Notes under the pieces: generated by a model
Told to the model about the DNA's origin: nothing
Database searches by the model: none
Seen by the model: the letters and a program-made list of their open reading frames with translations, nothing else
Position numbers and translations under genes: made by a program
In this document: positions 1 through 9,274 of the stretch, in pieces
Layout: every line of letters starts with the position of its first letter
How positions within the stretch are numbered: the first letter of the stretch is position 1
Assembly: GCA_030248215.1 (NCBI GenBank)
Contig: JASANG010003752.1
Coordinates: 795,143 to 815,142, forward strand
DNA length: 20,000 nucleotides
Source of the DNA: Enoplolaimus lenunculus
Taxonomy: Eukaryota
Direction: 5' to 3'

Positions 1-1241
1 ATTAGCAGCTTAAAAACGCACGCTGATCGTGAATAATCTATTTGTAAGCTGCAAAATTAATTTCCTTGATTGCCGTCGTTTCTATAACAATAATAACCAT
101 ACTGAAGATTACTCAGTTGGCACATGACAATTTCTTTAACAAAATACTCGAGCATATATACCTATTTATTCCAACTGCAAAGCCATTTAAGCGTGTGTCG
201 AAAATGTACATATATATGTGCTACGTAAACCGTTTTTTGCGTATCGCTTTCATATTCATGATTCAGCGTTTTTTTTTCAAAAATTGAAGTGGGCTTTTGG
301 TAGCTTTTTTAAATTTGAGCGGGTTTTTTTTAAAAATAGCTCGGTTTTCAAATACGTTCAAAAAAGTTAAAATGAAATAAGGCACAGATTTTACCATTGA
401 CTTGTGAAGATAGCAAAAATAACAGTATATTTTTCAATTTTATACTTCAAGTTTACATTTCTGTAAAGGTCATTTTTCGAAGAAGCATTTGGAAACAGGA
501 GCTCAGCAGCTGACGCAAACACGGGAGCTGCTCGTCAAACATGCTTTTGTCAGCGGTGGATCCGGAAATCTCTCATAAGGGAGAGACGCAAGCGCGCAAT
601 GAAGTATATAAGTGAACTTTACACTGTTAACAAAGCGAGCGAGAAGCTGAAATCAGCTTTAGTTTCTATCCTTATACAACTTTTTGTTTTTGGTTCGATG
701 AGGGATTCTTCCGATTCCCAGTTAGGCAACAAAGTGTCAAAGAAGAAATAGTATAGTACCAGACACCTTGCAAACGAAGAGTGCTAGAAACTAGACGTGT
801 TTTCCAGTTAGTCTCCATTGTGGTTCTGCAATAGTGGATTTGGATAGATTTATAGTAGATCCTAATGTGCTTTTTAATAGGATTTTTGAATTTTAGTGGG
901 TTCTTTGAAAACCAACGATTGAAAACCCCTTTTTCATGTGCGTATTTTCTTTTTTGTATAATTTCAAGCCAAGATTCGAATCGCAGCCTTTCAGATGGGA
1001 GGCGTTTACTATCACCACTTAGTTATAGAAGCTTGACACTGAAGCTCCAGTGGGCTCTCACGTTTTGAGGAAATTTTGTACTGCGCATACACAATTGTTA
1101 ATCACTGCACGTTGTGCGCTAATTCACGTGCAGTTACCGCTTGCTCATAGTACACGCAATATGAGAAATGGTTATATCCATCTGTATTGTTATGATCACC
1201 ATAGATGAACATCAACTATAAAGTTGTACGTTTTATAGGTT

Positions 1242-1421
1242 TGCCAATGGGTAGATCAGGGTCTAGTAGAAACATATTCCTAAGCTTAACGTCTAAGCCT
1301 TAGCATAAAATAAGAATATGCTCAACGTTAAGCCTAATCCCATGCAAAAAATTGCTTTAGCCTAATCTTACTCAATGGTGGTCCTACGATAAAACGGTCC
1401 GCCCTGATCCATACATGGACC
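1242..1421 (+). mobile_element. Degenerate MITE of the GCCTAA-array family
   Basis: Starts tgccaatg, ends acatggacc. Internal catattcctaag..cctaa repeats and ccgccctgatc shared with the 2254-2453 copy. No TSD visible. Confidence 0.7.
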
Positions 1422-1454
1422 TTTGTCTCAAATATTTTAATTGTCCAATCAAGG

Positions 1455-1764
1455 TGCGTTTTTACTTAATGTCTTTATTGTTCTACCAATACAGTTCAGG
1501 TATGGAAACATTCACAGGCCTTTCTAAAATTCTAAAGCAAAAAATAGTTGATGCACCCAAGCTTTTTTAAAATTTTGAATGAATTCGTCATTTCTATTTC
1601 GCATTGAGCAACTGCATCATATGAAAAATTGCTCAATGTAAACGTGATTCAAAACTAATTGTGAGTAAAAAAATAACACAATTTCCGTTATTTCCATATT
1701 ACCGAAAACGGAAACGAACATCAATCTTTACCACACATGGAAATGGATATCCGGTTACACCCTG
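1455..1764 (-). mobile_element. Partial copy of the 7941-8320 hAT-like family
   Basis: Ends aatttccgttattt..ggatatccggttacaccctg (clean TIR, CAGGGTGTAACCGGATATCC on the - strand); internal similarity to 8060-8220. Confidence 0.7.
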
Positions 1765-2253
1765 ATACATTAGAAATCATCAAAAATTAAACCATGTTAA
1801 ATATTTAGTTCGTATATTGTGCAATGTCGGCTTGCGTTTTGCAGGCGGCGTTTTACAGGTGTTATAAATGGTTTTTAACGATGATTTGATTTTTATGCGC
1901 TTGGTAAACCTGATGCATAGGTATTTTAATGCACAGCCTACAGGCATAGTTTTGGTTTTGGCCTTTTAATAAATACGCAATAATTTGCTTGAAAGCCATA
2001 CAAAGATCGACCAATGTGTTTTTAGTCTTATTCCAGACCAACAGATGGAAGCTGCCTTCCAAAATTTTAAGCGCACTCGCTAGAAAACTTTCAATATAGT
2101 TCCTATACTGAGAGATTCCAGTTATGTCAAAACTCAAAAGTGAACAGAATAGCGAAATCTGAAATTTTAGCGTAAAATTTCCAACAAAAATTCAGAGCGT
2201 CAAATTGTCGTTCAGAAACTTTACATAGCCACTACAGCTACTAAAAATATTAG

Positions 2254-2453
2254 GACCATTGCAAAGAACAGTGGCGAAACAGTTTTATAAGCATATTCCT
2301 AAGCCTATGCCTAAGCCTAAGCGTAAGAATGAGCGTATTCCTATGCCTAAGCCTAAGCCTATGCCTAAGCCTAGTAAAAAATTAGTCTAAAGCTTAAGCT
2401 TACTCTATTGCAGTCCCAAAGAAAACTCTCCGCCCCTGATCATTACATGGGCC
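2254..2453 (+). mobile_element. MITE (Merlin-like), GCCTAA-array family subtype B
   Basis: Ends gaccattg...catgggcc. Perfect 8-bp TSD AATATTAG (2246-2253 and 2454-2461). Internal cctaag/cctatg repeats. Confidence 0.85.
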
Positions 2454-2559
2454 AATATTAGAAAGTTGAAATAAAAGCACGCAATTGCCGACAAATCGGC
2501 TAATAGTTGAAAGATCCCGTGTTTGCTACATGGAATTAGACAGTTTTTATAGTGACAGT

Positions 2560-2751
2560 GGTCCGTGGTCCATGTTACTTTTATGGCCGTCCCGGTTTGT
2601 GGTTGGTCTGTAAAAGAGTAGGCTTAGATTCTAGAGTACATTTTTTTGCTTGGGCTTAGGCTTAGGAATACGCTTTTGCAACATTTAGGCTTAGGCTTAG
2701 GCTTAGGAATACGCTTACTCTACTGATACGGCCCTAAAAGTAACATTAGCC
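2560..2751 (-). mobile_element. MITE (Merlin-like), TTAGGC-array family subtype A
   Basis: About 24-bp TIR: ggtccatgttacttttatggccgt / acggccctaaaagtaacattagcc. Perfect 8-bp TSD GTGACAGT (2552-2559 and 2752-2759). 7-bp micro-duplication at the left end. Confidence 0.88.
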
Positions 2752-3614
2752 GTGACAGTTTTAAAGTTTATGTTACTTTTCTATCAAAAACAATCAATGT
2801 TTATCAGAGAAAACGCAACCGTTTGCATCACGTTATTAATTTTTTATGCATACCATCGCTTTGTATACGTCACTTTGAGTTCAACTCTTTTTTAACAAAA
2901 AAGCGGAATTTGTATCGTTTTATACAAACTTCAGTCACGGATGTTATTCGTTTGTAGCTGTGAGTAAACGAAAAGGAAAGCAACGAAGTTGCCAAGCATT
3001 TTTTATATTGACAACATTGTGCGAAACAAATTGTTTATTTTCAATGACTCTACCTCTTCAATGCAAGCCACACCACTTGAACAATCATAATAATGTATAC
3101 ATCTACTGTAGTAGAATAAAATTCAATTGTTGCTAAACTGATGTTATGCGGCGACATTCGCTCAGCACTGTTGAACTCAGGCACCCGATCGCCGTAAGTA
3201 AATACTAACATATTATTAAATGTATTCAAACATTATCTTAGCCAGACTTACTGCGGCTATGTCGCGGCTTACCCGCAACCCGTCCCCCAAAAAACCTAAA
3301 CTGTGGGGCATTTTGGATCAAAAATAGTTTCATTTTGACGACGCATGTTTGTGCATTCAAGATCCTCAAAAATTTATGACGTTTGGTTTCAGTGGAGCTT
3401 TGAAAAGGGTCTTTCTCTTCATACACCGGGCAATTTTAGCCCGCCCCCCTACTGTAGTGATCCGAATACGAGAGACTGATATTTATTTGGGCTCGGTCAC
3501 TAACTGTTTATTGTTAACCCGCCCTCCGCTACGCTGCGTTTACTGATATATATGTCCGGTATTGCAACTTTTCGTTGAATTAAACGTTTTTTGCCTTGCA
3601 TCAAAAACTTGAGC

Positions 3615-3720
3615 GATAATGCAAGGTTATACTTAGGAATGTACTTTCATACTTGAGTACGCGTTAAAGTTTCGAACACAACTTTATTTGGTTCTGGAGT
3701 CATTTATGCGCTACAATTAG
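3615..3720 (+). repeat. Dispersed repeat shared with 14105-14150 and 14540-14570
   Basis: gataatgcaaggttatactt(a/t)ggaatgtactttca and ctggagtcatttatgc occur at both loci. Confidence 0.7.
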
Positions 3721-4122
3721 GGATACTTCACATTTATGGACTCTAATTTAGGGTTTAGGGACTCTATATCCGCTTACGGGCTCTTATTAGGGATACGGAC
3801 TCTTACTGATTGGGACTCAAAATGGGGACCCCTATTATTCGGGCCCCTACAGTATCCCATCAGAATAGGCGCTTTTCTGTTTGCTGCGGTGTTCTTTGAA
3901 CACGTATACGAAGTTAAATATAGACAATCCATGATCGTTTTGTTCAATGAATTTTAATTAACTACAACAGAGTTAGTAGTTAGCAGTGTACGGTTTGAAA
4001 GTTTGCCAATCCAGTCAGCAGTGATTGGGGGCGGTGTGTGAGCTTCAGATGAGAAGTTTTTTACATAATGTTGATGCAGCTTCAAATTTGCCAACTTTTT
4101 ATCAATGTTTACTAACATTGCT

Positions 4123-4273
4123 GACCAATGTAAAGAACAGGGCCGGAACAGTATTGTAAGCATTTTCCTATTCCTAAGCGTAAAACCCTAAGCCTAAGCC
4201 TAAACCTAAGCCTAAGCCTAAGCCTAAGCCTAAGCCTAAGCCTAAGCCTAAACCTAAGCCCCGTCGATGGGCC
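4123..4273 (+). mobile_element. MITE of the GCCTAA family with expanded hexamer array
   Basis: gaccaatgta...gatgggcc. TSD ACATTGCT/AAATTGCT (7/8). Twelve CCTAA(G/A) units at 4187-4258. Confidence 0.83.
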
Positions 4274-4455
4274 AAATTGCTCAAGGAACCAAGGGAGTTA
4301 GAGCTGCACCTTCTTGCACATATATAATATCTCCTTGCATCCTTCTTATTCTAGTGTTTTTCGATGTAATTTCTGTTTTTGTTGTCATGGATGGATGAAA
4401 ACAAAAACTATTGGCTCTCAAAGATTGAACAAAATTGTCCTGGCATGAAAATTCT

Positions 4456-4634
4456 GGACGCCGTCCCGGTTTCGGGGGTGTGTAAAAGATTGGGCTTAGA
4501 CTGTTGAGACTACTTTTTTGCCTAGGATTGAGCTTAATAGGCTTAGGAATAGATATTTCAACCTTTAGGCTTTATAGGCTTAGGCTTCGCAATACGCTTA
4601 ATCTACTGTTACGGCCCGAACAATAACATTGACC
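4456..4634 (-). mobile_element. MITE, TTAGGC-array family subtype A
   Basis: Colinear with 2560-2751 (gccgtcccggttt..gtaaaaga..ggcttaga..aatacgctta.tctactg.tacggccc..taacattgacc). TSD AAAATTCT/AAAGTTCT (7/8). Left TIR partly deleted. Confidence 0.82.
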
Positions 4635-6931
4635 AAAGTTCTTTATACGGATAGTAATTAATAATGTGACAAAGGTTAATTGTAAGCTCAGATTGAACGA
4701 CCAGTATCCTGGCTGGAATGTATTTAACCGTCACTACTCAGCTATAATAGCTTGACCCTCCAACCCGAGTGACTCATACGCCGTGTGGAAGCTTTATAAC
4801 GAACGTATGCAGTTGTCAGTGTGCATTGACTTTCTGCAGTTAACTGCTGATAGTATTTTCATTACGGAAAGTGTCTTGTGAATGACTTATTTTAACTGTT
4901 GAAACGAAGGTTTATATCAGCTTTGATTTGGACTTATAAACTGCGAAATGTACTTCGTGGTCAAACACACAGACCTGAAAGATTTGCATAAAATTTCGTC
5001 GTTCACACAGATTCCACCAAGCACGTAAATCACAACTTCAAAATTGTTAAAACTTGAATTGTGTGAAATCACAGCCTGATAGAACCGCTAAAAGAGCCAG
5101 CTAATTAGTTATCCAACATTAATTTTTAAGGTACTTATGAACTCAAAACCTTGTTGCATGCGAAACGCCAGACGCAATTTTTAGCATAACATTTTTTGTT
5201 TTACAAATGGTGCAAATCTCACATTTTGTTCATGAAATGAGTGAAGGATCAAGATCCCTCAGATCCGTCTACGGTTACGCGTTTAGATTCCATTTTTATT
5301 CTGCTTATCAATGTAAAAATGTTTGTTTCTATATCTTGTGCACCGCACACCAATTTGGCACAGTCTGTTTTTACGAGCCAGAATTCAAACTTATCCCCGG
5401 CATAAATGAGGCAGGGAAACCTTTCGGCACATAATTTCGGAGGACTTTTTTTATTGAATACCGCGCTTTAAAATATAATTTGTGTTATCATCAAAATTAG
5501 CAGCTGCCACAACCTGTACGAGAGCAGTTTCGATGTTGATGTTGTTAATATTTATTGCTGGTGCTTTATGTGCTTTTACCTCTGGTTGCCTTATCGAAAA
5601 CAAAACAGGCGGCGTATCAAAACCCAAATTTATTTTTGAGCATAAAATATAATTTTGAAACTGTGGTCCTTGATAGTCCGCACCTGCGCGGTACGTTGGA
5701 AATTTTTCAGAAAAAATGATAATGCAGTTGTTGTGTGCCTTAAATTGTCCCACCCTGAAAATAGCGGTTTGTATGAGCTTGACTAGCAAAATCAGGCCAT
5801 TTGTACACTTGTTTCCAGCTCACAAGCTTAGCTTAAGTCTAAAGTTTAGTCCTAAGTTATGGCAAAAACCTGAAAATTCCGAAAATGTATATGAAGCAAT
5901 AAGGACGTCAAAATAATCAAACGTTAATAATACTAAAATGCGTACACCAGTCAGAACACACGAAAATTAAAGTTGAATTTACGCTACGGAATTGCTGCTC
6001 TTGAGGAAGGTATATCCTGACGCATGCCTCCGGTTTCGGCTCCAGTACAATTCCTGCCGAACCTTCTGGCATTTTAGGTATTCAAATTTTTTCATATTTT
6101 TAGAAAAGCTATCTCGTTCAGAATGCGTTTGTTTGTTTCGTTGAATTTTTAGTAAAAAAAATATATATAAATTTGTCAAAAAATAAGCTTAAAGCCTAAA
6201 TCTGTAATAGAGAGATATTTTCTCAAATTAGCAACGTAAATCTTTAACTGCATTAACTTTCGCTTCACCTTCGGATCTGGTTGTGGCAAAGTTGTTTAAC
6301 ATCAGACACCGGAAATTTAAGCCTTCGGTTCACCCTGCGTCTAGACAAAAGATCTACAGTATTCCATTGTTCGTGTACTTATGTGAAAACTCTATATAAA
6401 CGCCCAATTATTTGTCACGCCTCGCGAATTAAAATAATTGCTCGGCACCTGCGTTCAGCAGAATTCGAACAGTTTAAGCAAGATGATCAGACTGTATCTC
6501 GTGACACACTTCAAAGTTTAAGGTTTCGGCTGCATTCTAATAAAAAGCTAAATGCTGAAATATAAAAAAGAATATGTTTCATAAATGGATGCCGTCAGAA
6601 ACGTTTAAATGCACAGATTGGATTCAAATTTTTAGTGTAGATTTTACATAATCTGTTGTAGGAGAAAAATATACATTGTTACTCATAGAAGCCTTCATTT
6701 GTTTAGGAGGGTTACAGGAGTACGCTGTACCCACTTGCACATACCAGCCGGCACCGATGCCTGCATCTATGCCCGTAGCCAACTCACCTTTCTATTTAAG
6801 GCTAAATATTTCTCAGGAGGGCATACAAGGGATTCGATGACTTACAAGCAAGATTGAAAATTTTCTGGGAGGGGGGAAATTTCTTCCAGGGGTGGGCTGA
6901 GCCCTCCCCAAGGCCTCTGCATTTGCATACA

Positions 6932-7103
6932 CACTGCAAAAATGGTGAGTCAAATTGAATCTTTCCGAAATAAAGTAGGCTTCTCCGGACTACTCAAACA
7001 ACTTCAAATTTGTCTCCGGCGGAGTCGAATTTTGAGTCCGCTTGTGTATTCTCGAAAAGCCAATTTCGGAGAAAGTCAATTTGACTCAACATTTTTTGCA
7101 GTG
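6932..7103. mobile_element. Palindromic MITE with CACTG termini (CACTA/EnSpm-like)
   Basis: About 40-bp TIR: cactgcaaaaatggtgagtcaaattgaatctttccgaaat / atttcggagaaagtcaatttgactcaacattttttgcagtg. Flanked by the 2-bp direct repeat CA. Confidence 0.8.
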
Positions 7104-7687
7104 CATATATATCATCGTCTCTGACGTATTCAAAAGCTTTATAGCCCATTACTCGTTTACACATCTTTGTACAAATATTAATCTAGAATCTTCCAACAAA
7201 ATATTTTAAACGTGCAGAGTAATCCTAGTACCACATTAAATTGCCAGGCCGTTTTGTTGATTTAATTTGTGTCAAATGATAACTAAACACCCGTTTCTCA
7301 CTGTAAAGTATATTTTTTCGAACAGGTTGCTTAACGGAAAGACTAAAATAGCGGTCGACAAAGGCGTTTATACATGTAAAAAGTGTTATCTCCGTAATAC
7401 GGATTTTTTTCCAGTTGTGGAGGTCATGAGAAGCTCAAATGTGCAAAAATTTTCAAAATCGAACCTAACCGAAGACACCGCAATAGTTTAGTAGCCAGAG
7501 AACTAGGGCAGCATTTTCAAGTGTAAAGCGTATTACCATTTAGCGATAGGTCTCCCAAACAATCTATCTACCACAGCTGATGATCTGACTTTAAGCACAG
7601 TAACAGACAAAAAAACTTAACGAAAAATGAATGAACCAAATTTCAAAGCTCACCATTGATTGCTTCTTCATCTACAATACCTGTTAC

Positions 7688-7857
7688 CAGTGGCGGATCC
7701 AGGATCTCAAAATGGGGGGCTAAAATTTCACAGGTGATAAAGTTACTTTTGCCCATACACAAACCACGAACTATTGTCACAAAATTTCTATATAATTTTT
7801 GTCGAGATGCTGTTGGGGGCCCACGGCCGGGGTGGGCCCCCCATGGATCCGCCATTG
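7688..7857. mobile_element. hAT-like MITE (170 bp)
   Basis: TIR cagtggcggatcca/tggatccgccattg. TSD CCTGTTAC/CCTATTAC (7/8). Confidence 0.87.
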
Positions 7858-7940
7858 CCTATTACCAATTAGTGATAAGTGACATTTTTTATATATTTGA
7901 GAATACTGGTTCTTTCGAGCAAAACATTGTATCTGTCTAC

Positions 7941-8320
7941 CATAGTGTAACCGGATATCCGTTTCCGGTAACAATCGGTGATCGTTTCCGTTATAGAAAT
8001 AACGGAAACTCTGTTTTTTACGTTGAAAATTAATTATAAATCACTTATATAACTCACAGTTTTTCTTTTCAGATATGCTACAATTGTTTGAAATGAAACA
8101 AAAATCACGAAATCCATCCAGCCTTAAAAATTTCGATGTATCCGCTATGTTTTCTTTAATAGTTTTGAAAAGCCGGTGTGAATATGCACGCCTCAATAGC
8201 GTTGGCAGAAAAGTAAAACATTTTTGAAACTTTCACACTTCAATATCCGTTTTCCGTTTCCATTTCCATTATTTTGATCACTATCCGTTTCCGTTATATT
8301 TACTATCCGTTTATACCGCG
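7941..8320 (+). mobile_element. hAT-like non-autonomous element (about 380 bp) with subterminal ccgttt repeats
   Basis: Ends catagtgtaaccggata / tatccgtttataccgcg. TSD CTGTCTAC/CTGTTTAC (7/8). Related copies at about 1455-1764 (-), 12740-12829 (-) and 14980-15290 (+). Confidence 0.8.
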
Positions 8321-8828
8321 CTGTTTACTAATTGTGTGTTTCAGGTCTATATTTTAACAAATTAAATTTTAGTTTTAGACACCACAACGTTATTACGCAT
8401 ATTATTACAATTACAGTCGTTTAACATATTTATACTCGTGCAGCAAATACGAGACACTGTGATAAATTTGCTTTGCAAAATGGAAATGTTGCGAGACCCT
8501 CAAATAAAATCGACGCAATGCAACGCCTGAACGCACACAACTGATATTTTACCCACCATCGTATCGATAAAAAGATCATTATCAGACGACGCAAATTAAA
8601 TCAAAGCAATAATTACAGTTAATTTGGTGCTGCGCGCGTTCCAAGTGCTTGTGGCTAATATGGTTTTACACAGCGACAATTTTTTGAACAGCAAAAATAT
8701 ACGCTGTTTACCCCGCTCGAGGCGAATAATAGCACCAATAACCAAAAAAAAATTCAACATTTATTGTGCCACCTGATACTAAACAGTTTAATATATAGTT
8801 ATTAGGTGCGTTTTGATATATAAACGTA

Positions 8829-8854
8829 CTTTTCTAAGTCTTTTGCTATTGCAG
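8829..8854 (+). promoter_or_regulatory. 3' splice (or SL trans-splice) acceptor in front of the large Kv1 exon
   Basis: cttttCTAAGtcttttgctattgCAG: branch-point-like CTAAG, pyrimidine tract and CAG at 8852-8854. Confidence 0.55.
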
Positions 8855-8890
8855 TATTTATTGTAACATCGTAGTCCATCAAATTTAAAA

Positions 8891-9274
8891 ATAACTGGCC
8901 GCGGAGGAAAACCAGCCGCTGCAAAAGGCGGCGGATTTGCTGCCGCAGCGCGAGCTGCGGCTGCAGCGTCAGCCACGCGAGGTGCACGCTATGGTGGCGC
9001 TGCAGGTCCACCAGGCGGTTCGTTGCGTCGAGGACCCGCTGGCGGACCGGCGGCACCTGGAGCTGCTGGTGCGGTCGCAAGCGGGCCGCCGCCTTCTGTG
9101 CTAAAACGGAAGGCGGCGGCAGCTGCACGAAAATCCGCATCATCTACAAGTCGATCTCCAAGCCGAGGAAAAGATTCAACCGGGCCGGGGAGTGGCCCTG
9201 GTCAAATATCAGCAGGAGGTGCAGCAGTATTTGCTCAAGTCTCACGACAGCTATTGCTCAAATCATCAAGTGCC
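8891..9274 (+). other. Putative non-AUG (ATA) or upstream-exon-initiated N-terminal extension of Kv1, 128 codons
   Basis: In frame with the Kv1 ORF and stop-free back to TAA 8864-8866. Abrupt AT-to-GC shift at about 8895. Reads (I/M)[48 protein letters not shown]..., with Ala/Gly runs encoded by mixed synonymous codons. Confidence 0.6.
8991..9104 (+). other. Out-of-frame upstream ORF (37 aa) in the Kv1 5' region
   Basis: gctATGg at 8991 (purine at -3, G at +4), reads [40 protein letters not shown] at 9102-9104; +1 frame relative to Kv1. Confidence 0.45.

Noticed and set aside
2254..2751. CRISPR-like repeat array
   Set aside because: Eukaryotic DNA with hexamer repeats, no unique spacers and no cas genes.
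3157..3185. RE1/NRSE-like site (ctcagcac) upstream of a neuronal channel
   Set aside because: Only the left half-site matches; the GGACAG right half is absent.
4187..4258. True telomere, or evidence that the genome is from a nematode
   Set aside because: The array is internal to a TIR element with a TSD, and the Kv1 sequence (EEQAQLL) and 2.8-kb exon look chordate-like.
66..7491. Numerous 60-112 aa ORFs upstream of Kv1
   Set aside because: No recognisable domains, transposase motifs or consistent splice phases; expected by chance in AT-rich DNA.
7656..8033. 125-aa ORF and overlapping - strand ORFs
   Set aside because: They span two MITEs (7688-7857 and 7941-8320) and show no protein family resemblance.
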